Of a stretch of DNA of 64,000 bases, positions 8,180 through 18,400 are shown piece by piece. The notes under the pieces were generated by a model. It had not been told where the DNA came from and ran no database searches. It saw nothing but the letters and a program-made list of their open reading frames with translations. Positions within the stretch are counted from its first letter, which is position 1. Each line of letters starts with the position of its first letter. Source of the DNA: an uncultured virus (IMG/VR IMGVR_UViG_3300042294_002635). Lineage: Duplodnaviria > Heunggongvirae > Uroviricota > Caudoviricetes. A program made the translations under genes and the position numbers. The stretch lies in IMG/VR virus record IMGVR_UViG_3300042294_002635; one strand, written 5' to 3'.

Positions 8180-8268
8180 GGGCGTGTGGTGTACGGTGCA
8201 CAGGGACCCTTATACAGTCCTCTCCGGCAGATTACCGGCTAGTTAGGGTTCGACTCCCTACACGCCTA
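8180..8268 (+). tRNA. tRNA with TAT anticodon (Ile, AUA reader) and long variable arm
   Basis: Acceptor GGGCGTG/CACGCCT, loop CT-TAT-AC, variable arm CCGG-CAGATTA-CCGG, T arm TAGGG-TTCGACT-CCCTA. Confidence 0.8.
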
Positions 8269-8358
8269 CTTAGTTTCAAGTCCTCGAAAACTCGTTAAAG
8301 ATCCCACACAAAGGCCATCTTCGGTGAACGGCACAGGAGTGGCCCACCACGGTGACAA

Positions 8359-8418
8359 GGAAGAGTGGCTGAGCGGTTGAAAGCAGCAGCTTCGAACAAT
8401 GTAGAGGGTTAAACCTCC
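8359..8418 (+). pseudogene. Truncated 5' copy of tRNA-Ser(CGA)
   Basis: 56/60 nt identical to 9268-9327; lacks T arm and 3' acceptor strand. Confidence 0.85.
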
Positions 8419-8457
8419 AGGGTAAAGTAAGGGTAACTCATCACCCCCACCTAAGTC

Positions 8458-9321
8458 GTGAAAATAGAAGCCGTTATTGTTTGCGTAAACTACTCAGACT
8501 TTTTGGCGCATACCTTACCCAGCACCAGAAATCAGTTTGACAAACTTGTAGTTGTTACCGATAGTAAAGATAAAGATACTAAAAAACTGTGCGAATACTA
8601 CAACGTGGAATGTGTTCAGACAGATGTGTTCTATGACGGCGGTGACGCATTCAATAAGGGCAAAGGAATAAATGCGGGGTTAGAAAAGCTAAGCCAGGAC
8701 GGATGGGTTCTGCACCTGGACTCAGACATTTATTTGCCACCTCAAACACGGTCAACTTTGGAAAATTTACCTTTAATCGAAGACAAAATCTATGGGGCCG
8801 ACCGTCTAATGTGCCCTGGCTACGAAGAGTGGTTGAGATTCTTAGATAAACCCTCCCCCATCCAAGACTCTTGGATTTTTATCCACCCGACAAGATTCCC
8901 GGTCGGGGTTAGAGTTGCAGAGTACAAAACTTGGCACGGTGGCTATGAGCCTATTGGGTATTTCCAGCTATGGAATCCTAAGGGGTCAGGAATTTCGCGA
9001 TACCCTGACAAGCATGGGTTTGCGGACCGTACTGATGTAATGCACTGTAAAGAGTGGCCTCGAGAAAAAAGAGAATTGTTGCCTGAAATCCTTGTCATAC
9101 ACTTAGAAAGCGAGGCCGGAATCGGCCTAAATTGGAAAGGTAGAAAGACCCCTATGTTTGGGCCCAAGCTTCCCCTGCCTGTCTTATCTTGGCCAGACAA
9201 ACTGTTTCTGTTTTTGAACAAATTAAGTAAGTGCGGTTACAAACCTAACCGTAAATACCAAAGAAGTGGAAGAGTGGCTGAGCGGCCGAAAGCAGCAGCT
9301 TCGAAAACTGTAGAGGGTTAA
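8458..9321 (+). CDS. GT-A fold (family 2-like) glycosyltransferase
   Basis: VIVCVNYSDFL, FNKGKGINAGL, WVLHLDSDI (DxD), GYFQL; 3' end runs into tRNA-Ser. Confidence 0.8.
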   Translation: MKIEAVIVCVNYSDFLAHTLPSTRNQFDKLVVVTDSKDKDTKKLCEYYNVECVQTDVFYDGGDAFNKGKGINAGLEKLSQDGWVLHLDSDIYLPPQTRSTLENLPLIEDKIYGADRLMCPGYEEWLRFLDKPSPIQDSWIFIHPTRFPVGVRVAEYKTWHGGYEPIGYFQLWNPKGSGISRYPDKHGFADRTDVMHCKEWPREKRELLPEILVIHLESEAGIGLNWKGRKTPMFGPKLPLPVLSWPDKLFLFLNKLSKCGYKPNRKYQRSGRVAERPKAAASKTVEG

Positions 9322-9352
9322 ACCTCCGGGGGTTCAAATCCCCCCTCTTCCG
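9268..9352 (+). tRNA. tRNA-Ser(CGA)
   Basis: Acceptor GGAAGAG/CTCTTCC, G discriminator, loop TT-CGA-AA, long variable arm. Confidence 0.9.
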
Positions 9353-9419
9353 TTTACGGTTTCCCCTTTGAACACTCGAAGGTTCAACGGCGCTAAAGAA
9401 ACCGTTATACACATGCAAA

Positions 9420-9737
9420 ATGACAATTAAAGACAAACCAGAATTCGTGAATGAAGTGATTTCACGAGTGATTAACAACGCACCAATAAGCGAAGTTCTC
9501 CGCGTATACTCTCTCTCCGTGAAAGCGGCAATTGACGAGCTTGACGACGACGGCTTCTTTCAGGCCGTGCTTAACGCGGGGTACACTGACCTAATTGAAA
9601 AGTACGCTGACTTAGACGACCTTGACGAATTTGTTGAGGGTTTCTCGGGTAGTGGGGGAAGTGTGGTCTACGAGAACACAGGAAGGTCGGAAGTTCAAAG
9701 TGCTCTTGACGAGCTTAACCTTGACGTTGGTCTTTGA
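9420..9737 (+). CDS. Hypothetical acidic protein
   Basis: 105 aa ORF; C-terminal EVQSALDE shared with ORF 7973. Confidence 0.6.
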   Translation: MTIKDKPEFVNEVISRVINNAPISEVLRVYSLSVKAAIDELDDDGFFQAVLNAGYTDLIEKYADLDDLDEFVEGFSGSGGSVVYENTGRSEVQSALDELNLDVGL

Positions 9738-9830
9738 CGAACCGACGTTCGCACTAGCGACACTGGATACTAGGGCCAAAGGAAGAAGAGTCTCTGATCC
9801 TACAGGATACACTTAAGATCAGGTGAAAAG

Positions 9831-9874
9831 GGACGGTTTCCACCCTTGCCTTCCCGGATCAAAGGGGCTATAAT
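9831..9874 (+). promoter_or_regulatory. Conserved early-promoter-like element
   Basis: GGACGGTTT, TTGCCT-17-TATAAT. Confidence 0.8.
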
Positions 9875-9904
9875 GGGTGTGTAAGCGAGCTTAGTTCTCC
9901 AAGT

Positions 9905-10453
9905 ATGAAGCGTGCCATCAAAATTGACGGCAAGGTTACCGTCCCTAATTTCACTATTGAAAAACTCCTGCGGTCGGTGTCAGAAGATGCGGCGGGCACA
10001 CGTAGGTCCGACCCACGGTTGTGGACTCTGGGGGATGTTGGATCTAGGTCAGTTCCAGACTGGCTTCGCTCCACTTTGCAAGAGGCACTTTTGCTTCTAA
10101 ATCGTGCAGAACAGCAATACAGGTTTCCATCCCCGACTGACAATATGCGCCGCGAGGGCGCCACGGTTGTGTACGGGAAAGGGTCCGTAGGTTCGCACGA
10201 AGACTACCAGATGTCAGGTTTGTCTCTCCTGGTTTTTCTCGGGGGGCACACCCCTGACGACGAAGCTCCCTACTGCAGCCAGCTCATATCTGAAGGCGAA
10301 TTTTACGCTGGCGGAAAAATGACATTTATGAGGCCAGGGGACGCGCTAGTTTTTGACGATAGGGAAACGCACTCTTGGATGGCCAACGGCTGCTGGTTCT
10401 TTCTCGTTAGCCCCCTCAACAAGATTGAATATGCCAAAGCTTCTCCCGCTTAA
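9905..10453 (+). CDS. Putative 2OG-Fe(II) oxygenase / double-stranded beta-helix protein
   Basis: HxD (HED), GEF, PGDALVFD, distal His (THSW). Confidence 0.5.
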   Translation: MKRAIKIDGKVTVPNFTIEKLLRSVSEDAAGTRRSDPRLWTLGDVGSRSVPDWLRSTLQEALLLLNRAEQQYRFPSPTDNMRREGATVVYGKGSVGSHEDYQMSGLSLLVFLGGHTPDDEAPYCSQLISEGEFYAGGKMTFMRPGDALVFDDRETHSWMANGCWFFLVSPLNKIEYAKASPA

Positions 10454-10655
10454 TTCCTTCGTCGAACAAGTTGCACAACATTCCTTTAACAACTGGGATG
10501 GTGGCGGAGACGGCAAAATTGGGGACTTATTTTGGCCTGCGATTATCTACGGATTACCCGAAGTTGACTTGGAAAAGAAGGTTAGAACAAGGTTTCAGAC
10601 TATAAAGGCGGAGTATAGTGAAAGACTCTTCTTCAATCAGCCTACTCAGTAGCAA

Positions 10656-11303
10656 ATGAAGCCAAAAAGTATCCTCTGTCAAATCGACCACCGAGGACGC
10701 CTGCACAAACCAGAAACTCTCCAGGAATACGGAAAACTTAGGGATCACATGATTCAAAGGCCATGGGAGTCGCTCAGTGGCCGGGCCTTCATTGAGCTGG
10801 TGACCGAGAAAGGATGCGCCTTCTACGGTTGTCTGTTCAAAGGACTCGACCTTATGGAGCTTCAATATCAGCGCCTGTGCTGGCATACGCAAACTCTCAT
10901 TGGAGTGGATTTTGACAAGTGTGAGGTTAACCCTGGGAAAATGGTCGAGCTTTACACTGAGCAAGGCTACAAGCCTTGGCTCGCTTACCGAACGTTTTCT
11001 GACGGCCAACACTCCGGAAAAAGCTCCTACCGACTCCTGTGGAAAGTTGACGTGAATCTAAATGTTTCCTACGAAGAAACTCATGGCTTTATCAAAGCAC
11101 TTGCCGCGTTAGCTGGGAAAGGGGTGGCGGACAAACATAGCATGGACCCTAGCCGAATGTGGCAAGGTTCTCGAAAGGGATACGTGCACTACGACCCTGA
11201 CGCCCCTTTGCTCGACCTGACGGGGCATCCGGTCCCGAAAACACCCAAAACAACTGACACCCAAAACAACTGTGAAAACCGCTGTAACGTTCGGGAGGTT
11301 TAA
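10656..11303 (+). CDS. Primase-polymerase / VirE N-terminal-like domain protein
   Basis: LIGVDFD, YRTFS, YRLLW, D..SMDPSRMWQG. Confidence 0.55.
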   Translation: MKPKSILCQIDHRGRLHKPETLQEYGKLRDHMIQRPWESLSGRAFIELVTEKGCAFYGCLFKGLDLMELQYQRLCWHTQTLIGVDFDKCEVNPGKMVELYTEQGYKPWLAYRTFSDGQHSGKSSYRLLWKVDVNLNVSYEETHGFIKALAALAGKGVADKHSMDPSRMWQGSRKGYVHYDPDAPLLDLTGHPVPKTPKTTDTQNNCENRCNVREV

Positions 11304-11775
11304 CATAGGCCACCCCGGCCATGTTGAGCTAGTTAAAAAGTTGCTCACCCTCGGTTCGACCGCTAAAGTATATGTGTCCGTGGGGAGAAAGAACAACGAT
11401 TGGGACCTTCGGGTATTACTTCTGCGAACGCTATGCCGCCAAGCAAGCATTGACCTGAGTAGGGTATCATTTCTAAAGGCCATCGATCCCTATGCGGGGT
11501 TGTCAGATGTTCTAAAAAGCAGGAAGCCAAGCGAAGTGGTTCTCGTTCTGGGGTCCGACCAAGCTTCACTCGGATTGCAGCTTTCGCACACCTTCGGAGT
11601 CTCTTTTCATGAGAACGAACGAAGTGGTTCGAGCACGGCGCTGAGAAAGGTTTTAGACCAAGGCAAAAACCCTGCACCTTTTCAGGGGAACAGGTACGCT
11701 TTAAAACTTGCAACACTCTTGAGAAACAATGAAAAGTTCCGAAAAGCTCAAAGAAAAGCTAAGGTGTCTGCTTAG
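11272..11775 (+). CDS. Cytidyltransferase-like (HxGH) nucleotidyltransferase
   Basis: TFGRFNIGHPGH, VLGSDQ, SSTALR. Confidence 0.8.
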   Translation: MKTAVTFGRFNIGHPGHVELVKKLLTLGSTAKVYVSVGRKNNDWDLRVLLLRTLCRQASIDLSRVSFLKAIDPYAGLSDVLKSRKPSEVVLVLGSDQASLGLQLSHTFGVSFHENERSGSSTALRKVLDQGKNPAPFQGNRYALKLATLLRNNEKFRKAQRKAKVSA

Positions 11776-11977
11776 GAGCTACCCTGGCGTCAAAGTGGGT
11801 GCGTCATGGCCCTGGAACGACCTGGAGTTTAGAGAGATTGCCTGGGTGGTTCAAGACTATGTAAACAACAGCGGAGACGTTGTAAATGAGGACCCCCTCC
11901 ACGAGTGGATTGAAGAGTATAACTTTTTTCGCACTGAGACCTTAAGTTAAGGCTGGCTGGGAAACCGTTCGCCCTGA

Positions 11978-12021
11978 GGCGGTTTCCCCTCCTTTCCCTT
12001 GCGAAGAGACAACGCTATAAT
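11978..12021 (+). promoter_or_regulatory. Conserved early-promoter-like element
   Basis: GGCGGTTT, TTTCCC-17-TATAAT. Confidence 0.75.
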
Positions 12022-12027
12022 ATAAGT

Positions 12028-12501
12028 ATGGAAAACATACCCGAAGCACCCGAAGCATACGTGATGGTCGGAGCCCCTGGGTCCGGAAAGTCGACTCATG
12101 TATCAAAGCTGCTAAGTCTTCACCCAGATGCCGTTGTAATTTCCGGCGATGAAATCCGCGCTGAGCTCTACGGAAACGCGGACATTCTAGGAAATTACGT
12201 AGAAATCCACGACCGCATGCTTGAGATTCTGGAGGAGAGTGTAGGTCGGACTATAGTTATGGATGGTACCCACTACAAGGCAGCTTACCGCAAGGAAGCA
12301 ATTGCTACGCTGAACTCGTACGGTTACGATAAGGTTACTGCAGTAGTCATTGAAAAGCCCCTCACCGTTTGCCTACACCAGAATGCTTCTCGCGAGCGCA
12401 GGGTTCCGGAAGAAGTGATTGAGCGCATGCACGCCTCCTTACAAGCTTCCCTCAAGAATATCACCAACGAACCCTTCCACCGTATTGACTTTGTATACTG
12501 A
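12028..12501 (+). CDS. Polynucleotide-kinase-like P-loop kinase (AAA_33)
   Basis: GAPGSGKST, ISGDEIR, MDGTH, RERRVPEEVIERM. Confidence 0.85.
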   Translation: MENIPEAPEAYVMVGAPGSGKSTHVSKLLSLHPDAVVISGDEIRAELYGNADILGNYVEIHDRMLEILEESVGRTIVMDGTHYKAAYRKEAIATLNSYGYDKVTAVVIEKPLTVCLHQNASRERRVPEEVIERMHASLQASLKNITNEPFHRIDFVY

Positions 12502-12505
12502 CGCA

Positions 12506-13234
12506 ATGATAACTTACAGCAACAAATTACATCAAGGTGACGTAGTTGCCCTGGGGGACATTCACGCGACATGGACTCTTTTCGAACAATTTCTGAATTG
12601 GGTGAAAGGGTCTCAAGCCACTGTCGTACTTTTAGGTGACATGGTTGATCGTGGTGGGGGTGACCTGAAAGTTTTGGAGCATACGAAAAATCTCCTCGAC
12701 GATCCGGAAAGTTGGGGGCTTCAAGCCTTTTATGCCCTGATGGGGAACCACGAGAGGATGTTTCTTGATGCTTTGGAAGACCCATTCGGCAGTAGCTACG
12801 TGCTGTGGGTTCAAAACGGCGGAAACTATGACCAAGTGGGTGAAATGGAGAGGGAACATAAGGAGTGGGTTCGAAATCTACCCTTGTATATGACAATTGC
12901 GGACACTCTCTTCATTCACGCGGGGATCTACCCCGGTCACGACCCTGCAAAGCTCATTGCCGATGGAAGAGGCGAGGCACTCCTGTGGATTCGACAACCT
13001 TTCTTGACCTATGGGCCGGAGTTCGAAGGGTGGAACCCACGACTTAAGAAAGTCGTTCATGGTCACACACCAACCAACTTCGAGGAACCACCTCAGGACC
13101 ACCTCCCCGTTGTGAAGGGACAACGCGTAAATATAGATACGGGTGCGTTTATTAAGACGAAGGGTCGCCTAACCGCTTACAACGTCACTCAAAATACTTT
13201 TCACCAATTTTCACGGCAACCTCGCAAGGACTAG
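12506..13234 (+). CDS. Calcineurin-like Ser/Thr phosphatase (metallophosphoesterase)
   Basis: GDIH, GDMVDRG, GNHE, HAG, GHTP, IDTG. Confidence 0.9.
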   Translation: MITYSNKLHQGDVVALGDIHATWTLFEQFLNWVKGSQATVVLLGDMVDRGGGDLKVLEHTKNLLDDPESWGLQAFYALMGNHERMFLDALEDPFGSSYVLWVQNGGNYDQVGEMEREHKEWVRNLPLYMTIADTLFIHAGIYPGHDPAKLIADGRGEALLWIRQPFLTYGPEFEGWNPRLKKVVHGHTPTNFEEPPQDHLPVVKGQRVNIDTGAFIKTKGRLTAYNVTQNTFHQFSRQPRKD

Positions 13235-13279
13235 TCTGGAGCTAAGTTCCGACACCAAAACCACACCAGAACCTAAACA

Positions 13280-14164
13280 ATGAAACTGCTTCTCGTAGAC
13301 ACATCCGCGCTATTTTTTCGCTCTCGCTCAGCTCTCTGTCGAGCTATGGGTGAAATGGTTACGAGCTATGGAGCACCGGTAACTGGGACTTATGGGTTTT
13401 GCAACGCCTTATTCGCCGTAATGGCTCAGTACGAGTACGATTGCGTAGTTCCTTGTACCGATAAGGGTGGGAACTTTCGCAAGAAAGAATCTGGTACTTA
13501 TAAGGCGAATCGAGAAAAAGCCAGCGTTGAGCACTACTCCGACCTTTCCCTCCTGGTTGAAGACGTCCTTCCAGCTCTTGGTTTTTCGCCAGTGGGTGCC
13601 CAGGGTTTTGAGGCGGACGATGTTGTAGCTCATATTTCTCGTAACTCTCCTGGGTACAGTGAAGTACACATTTTGACTTGCGACAAGGACTTGCTTCAGC
13701 TTGTCAACGACAGAGTAAAGGTGCTGCTTTTCAACTCAGCTAAGAAAATGGAGCTGGTTGACATTGAGGGTGTTAAAGGACACTTCGGTGTTCCCCCATC
13801 AGACGTCAAGTTCTTCAAGGCTTTGTCTGGGGACTCCTCAGATAACATATCAGGTGTATCCGGCGTTGGCCCTAAGACCGCTGTGAAGATAATCCAAGAG
13901 TGCCACACCAGCGGTACAAACTCAGAGCTCTCGCTCGCCGATCGAATCGCGTTCCATCCTAAGGTGGTTTCAACTGCGTCCACATTCTTTGGAAACCTTC
14001 GCCTGGTCACTCTTGAGGACGATGTTCCCGATTTGTCGTGGTACGCGTCTTCACCGCCGTCTGAACAGAGTGTAGAAGCACTCTTTGAGGGTTTAGAGTT
14101 CAAGTCGTACTTGAAGCCAGCACGGTTGAGCAAGATTCTGAAAACACTCAAGGTTGTTTCGTAG
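13280..14164 (+). CDS. 5'-3' exonuclease / flap endonuclease (Pol I N-terminal type)
   Basis: YKANR, EADD, DKDLLQL, GDSSDNISGVSGVGPKTA. Confidence 0.92.
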   Translation: MKLLLVDTSALFFRSRSALCRAMGEMVTSYGAPVTGTYGFCNALFAVMAQYEYDCVVPCTDKGGNFRKKESGTYKANREKASVEHYSDLSLLVEDVLPALGFSPVGAQGFEADDVVAHISRNSPGYSEVHILTCDKDLLQLVNDRVKVLLFNSAKKMELVDIEGVKGHFGVPPSDVKFFKALSGDSSDNISGVSGVGPKTAVKIIQECHTSGTNSELSLADRIAFHPKVVSTASTFFGNLRLVTLEDDVPDLSWYASSPPSEQSVEALFEGLEFKSYLKPARLSKILKTLKVVS

Positions 14165-14457
14165 GACGAATAACTACCGATCACACCTTCGGACCATGAA
14201 ATACCCACGTGTCCGCCCCAGACTCACTTACCTCCGCATCCTTGGAAATATTGCGTTGGTAGTTGGACAATTTGTTTTGCTTTTCTTGGACCGCAAGGTG
14301 GGCCTATTAATTCTGATTACAGGGAGCACTCTGAGCCTTCCATTCTTTGTAAAGAAAAAGCAGTGGGATGTGGTAGCTGTCATCGTAGTTGGAATAACCC
14401 TGAACGTCTTTGGGCTAATACACAATCCAGTCCCTAACTAGTCCTTGTGGGAGAGTG

Positions 14458-14523
14458 GGCGGTTAACCCTCCTTCATGGGGCGGTTTCCACCCTTTGTTT
14501 CTGCCTCGCAGAAACGGTATAGT
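14458..14523 (+). promoter_or_regulatory. Conserved early-promoter-like element
   Basis: Double GGCGGTT box, TTGTTT-17-TATAGT, palindrome GTTTCTGC-CTC-GCAGAAAC. Confidence 0.8.
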
Positions 14524-14966
14524 AAATGTATGGAAAACGACTCAGTCCGCTCCAAACTTGGACCCCGCCAAAAGGGTCGGAAACGAAAGGGCAAGACCAA
14601 GCCCCAAGCTCTTCGCCAAGCGAGAGCTCGCCGCGCCAGCCTCCTTCAAAAGTTGACCCCTCAGTCCCACCCGCAAGCAAAGCAATGACCTGCACCCCTG
14701 CCACTGAGAAGAGTGAAACTAATGCTTCTGCCCTTGCGTCTGAGTACAACGGGGTTTGGGCGTCTGTTCACGATGCCCGAAAGAAGCTTATCCAAGCGAA
14801 CTGCCCCTCTCGCGGTAATAGGGATGAGGAAGCATGGGAGTTATTCTGCGAGGAACGGGAAGCGGCTCTTGAAAAGCTCAGGCAAGTAGAGGACTACCTC
14901 CTGGACTTGGCTTTCCAATACTCATGCGAAGCTTCTCGCAACCTTTCTGTGGAGCATGTGTAGGAC

Positions 14967-15296
14967 ATGGAAAACAGCAACTTAAGCAAAATTAAGCCGA
15001 AACTGCGAACGAACGGCAGAGTCTCGGGGAACTTCGGAAGGAACAAAATCCAAGGTAAACTGGGAACCCTGGACCTCAGCTCTGAGGTACTGAACAAGGA
15101 AAACCTGCAGATCCCGAACCGGGCCGCAGTTTACGAGCGACTCGAACAAGCCTATAATACCACCACGGACCCTAAACTTAGGGCCACCCTGGCTGAAATG
15201 CTTAGAAAGCGAAAAGCTACGGTCCGAGTCAGAGATGTGACGAAAACCAGCAAACCACGATCAGACTACTGGGATGAGGTCAACCGTGTACGATAA
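14967..15296 (+). CDS. Basic hypothetical protein
   Basis: 109 aa ORF with AGGA RBS. Confidence 0.6.
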   Translation: MENSNLSKIKPKLRTNGRVSGNFGRNKIQGKLGTLDLSSEVLNKENLQIPNRAAVYERLEQAYNTTTDPKLRATLAEMLRKRKATVRVRDVTKTSKPRSDYWDEVNRVR

Positions 15297-15904
15297 ACCT
15301 GCCCCGTACAAGTCACCCCTTCGAGTTGGGTTTAACTTCCCCTCGTTCGTAACCTACAAGTGCCCCACTACGGATGTACTCGTGGGGAAAGTTTACAAAA
15401 ATGCCGAAGGAAAGTGGTATCTTACCTCTTCGTACCTAAGGTGGCAACCAATCGAGGTTTTCACTAAGATAGGGGGCTTTCTCTTCCTAAACCAACTTCA
15501 CAAGAGGCGACACCATACCCAATGAAACCAACAAACCCCACTCGAACACTCAACCATCTGAACCTTGTTAAGAAGGGTACCCAGAAGAGGGTGGCACTCT
15601 ACAAGGCTCAGCTTGAAATGGCCAAAAAACCCCAATCCTAACCCATGAGCCATACTTCCGCGATTACACAGGTCTTTACACAGTGTGAAGGTGAAGAAAT
15701 TCACCGTTCGGTGAGTCTCCCCAACTCAGACTGGCTCGTTTTAGCTCAGTGTGCCGAAGCCTTTTCCTCCACCTTCAGGGCACAAGCGAGTCAGGTTATT
15801 GCAACTTATGTGACACGTGGACAGCTTGATTTGGCTGTGAGCGAGGCAGCGAAAATGAACATATTGCTTCAAAAACTAGACAGTATTTATATTGCCCTTG
15901 TGTC

Positions 15905-16306
15905 GTGACACCTAAAAATAACCCCTTAGTAGTGTTTGACATTGATATGACACTTACGAGTGAGTGGTATTACGAAGATAATGTTGCAACGCTTCGAGCC
16001 AATTTGCCACTCGTTCAACTTGCGACATTGCTGGCTGACTCCGGGGTTTCAATCGTGATATCCACTGCTCGCCCAAATCGTCTTCGAGCCGACTCAGAAA
16101 ACTGGCTACAAAGTGTGGGTGTTAAGTTCGACGCCTTATACATGAGAGAGGACGGGGACGATCGCCCCGACCACTACGTTAAGACCGAGCAAGCTCTCGC
16201 AATTATTGAAGATTTCGGACGCCCTTCGCTTTGGTACGACGACAACCAAGACAACTGTAAAGTTGTGAGAGAACTTGGGATTCCTTGCGTTCAGGTTATG
16301 CAATGA
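15905..16306 (+). CDS. HAD phosphatase (PNK 3'-phosphatase-like)
   Basis: VFDIDMTL, STARP, LYMREDGDDRPD..VK, YDD. Confidence 0.85.
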   Translation: MTPKNNPLVVFDIDMTLTSEWYYEDNVATLRANLPLVQLATLLADSGVSIVISTARPNRLRADSENWLQSVGVKFDALYMREDGDDRPDHYVKTEQALAIIEDFGRPSLWYDDNQDNCKVVRELGIPCVQVMQ

Positions 16307-16737
16307 CTCATACACACTCGCACCACCCCCCTAGGAAAAGAAGAGACATAATGGCTACCATGGCCGAAATGAGCTTCCACCTACCTAATGTCGTGCCAGA
16401 GAGACAGGAGCTTGTTGCAAACTTTATGGTAGAGCAACTTCGTGGTGCGCCCACGGTGCCAAACAACTACTCAAAACACCAAACAACAACCATGAGAATT
16501 GATCCTGTTATTTCCGTTTCCCTGCCTCGTGAAACTTGGTTGCTCATCAATGACCTTCTCAAGGAGAAGCAAGCGTCTTTCGAACGTGACATTGACCGAG
16601 TGGACGACATCGGCAGAGCCGACTACGCCCAGGTGTTAATTGACTACGCCGAACAATGCAAGCAAGCATCAGACGAAATCTGTTTAGCACATTCCCTGGC
16701 GTCCTTCGACCTCTGAGTCCCACAATCCCCCGGTCAA

Positions 16738-17046
16738 ATGTTATCTACTGACACACGACTTCAACTACAAACCATTGCAGACCGAATCTCAAGAAACGAT
16801 GAGGTTTCCTTTGAGGAGATTTCCCTTATTCAGAAATGGTCAGACCACAATCGCCACGCCTACGAGATCCTTCAGAGGGCGCGTCGGAGAGCAATCACGG
16901 GGGAGCCTGAGCCGGGGTCACTCGACGAACTTATCGACGGGATGAACCTCGGCTTTGCGGATCCTTCCTCTCATTTAGTTGGACCACAGTCCCCAGACGA
17001 TCTTGCAAACTTTTTCAGGGCTCCCTCGTGGCTGAGACATGACTAA
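16738..17046 (+). CDS. Conserved cyanophage-type hypothetical protein
   Basis: MLSTDTRLQL...LQRARR...LG..DPS.H...F..P pattern recalled from cyanophages. Confidence 0.6.
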   Translation: MLSTDTRLQLQTIADRISRNDEVSFEEISLIQKWSDHNRHAYEILQRARRRAITGEPEPGSLDELIDGMNLGFADPSSHLVGPQSPDDLANFFRAPSWLRHD

Positions 17047-17214
17047 GGGCCATGGTACTTCTGAGACACGGGCAGAGGCCAAGCTCGAGACTTTAGATCC
17101 CACAACCCCGTGGTACGAGTTTCTCTCCTACTGTGAAGCTTGTCGGAGCTTGAACGTGAAAGCGTCTGTTGGTCGCTTTACCCGTTACCAAAACTATATT
17201 CGAACAATTTCGCT

Positions 17215-17997
17215 ATGAGTTACACAGGACAGTTAATAACCTTTGAAGGTCTTGACGGCTGCGGAAAAACAACCCAGCTCCACGCTGTGTTTGACTGGCT
17301 ATCACGTAGTGGGAGACTACCCGAAGGGACCAAGGTTGTTACAACTCGAGAGCCAGGATGTTTACCAGGTGTGCGAGACTTGCTTAAGAACCCTAAGGCT
17401 GCGATCACACCGAAAGCCGAACTTTTACTGCTCATGGCCGACCGGGCTCAGCACGTTGCAACAGTAATAATGCCAGAGCTGGAAAAAGGTAACTGGGTGT
17501 TATGCGACCGATTTTACGCGAGCACCTTAGCCTATCAAGGGTGGGGACGAGGTTTGGGGCCTGAAGCGGTAGAGAAAGCCCACGAACTTGCCTGCGGAGT
17601 CTTGTACCCTGACTTAGAACTGTTTTTCGACGTCCCCGCTGATGAGTCTATGAGACGGATCTCAAGGCGAGAAAACGAAGGGCTGTCTGTCCGAGACAGA
17701 TTTGAGCGGTCAGAACGACCTTTTTTCGACCGCATACTTACGGGATTTCAAAAGCCCAACGAACAACTGGGAGTGAAATGTTACCCCGTGGTTACAATCG
17801 ACGGGTGTCAAACGGTTGACGAGATTACCCGGGAATGCATACGACTAGTATCCCAACTTTTGCCCCGAGAGGCGAACTTCACGGACGTGCCACCGTGCCG
17901 AGTAGACGATCCCGAGTTTTGGTACGACACTTCTAAAGAAACCTACAAAGTTCGGCTTGAGCGGGAGACCTCATGGAGTCAGCCACGATCTTGCTAG
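17215..17997 (+). CDS. tmk: Thymidylate (dTMP) kinase
   Basis: FEGLDGCGKTTQ, TREPG, ADRAQH, CDRFYASTLAYQG. Confidence 0.92.
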   Translation: MSYTGQLITFEGLDGCGKTTQLHAVFDWLSRSGRLPEGTKVVTTREPGCLPGVRDLLKNPKAAITPKAELLLLMADRAQHVATVIMPELEKGNWVLCDRFYASTLAYQGWGRGLGPEAVEKAHELACGVLYPDLELFFDVPADESMRRISRRENEGLSVRDRFERSERPFFDRILTGFQKPNEQLGVKCYPVVTIDGCQTVDEITRECIRLVSQLLPREANFTDVPPCRVDDPEFWYDTSKETYKVRLERETSWSQPRSC

Positions 17998-18034
17998 ACT
18001 GACGAAAAACTCTGTTAAAACTTCCACATTTGAT

Positions 18035-18397
18035 ATGAAACCTTTTCTACACGGGAGGATACATGCCAGAAAGTACGGAGGCTCACCCGACGACTACGCT
18101 GATATAGACGACTTTATTGACAGTAGCAAGATTGCCTTTCCCGACATTCGTCACCGGGCATTGCTGCACTCGTCGTTCGGGTGTTTTGTCGTTGAGCAGA
18201 TGTTCGGTCGCACACGCACAAACTCTGCTGGAATAACTTACTCTCCCCGAGACATCGCCGAAGATCACATTATTCAAGACCTCGGGTTCATTCCCACGGT
18301 CGAAAAGTACCTAAACAACATGGTTGCACAACCGTGGATGTCTGGCACTAACAAGTCACCCAACAAACAAACCAAATTCATTCCAATCGGAGACTAA
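18035..18397 (+). CDS. Conserved phage protein (DUF6915-like)
   Basis: H...ARKYGG..DDY, DSSK, RHRALLHS.FG, IAEDHI..DLGFIPT. Confidence 0.75.
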   Translation: MKPFLHGRIHARKYGGSPDDYADIDDFIDSSKIAFPDIRHRALLHSSFGCFVVEQMFGRTRTNSAGITYSPRDIAEDHIIQDLGFIPTVEKYLNNMVAQPWMSGTNKSPNKQTKFIPIGD

Positions 18398-18400
18398 ACC

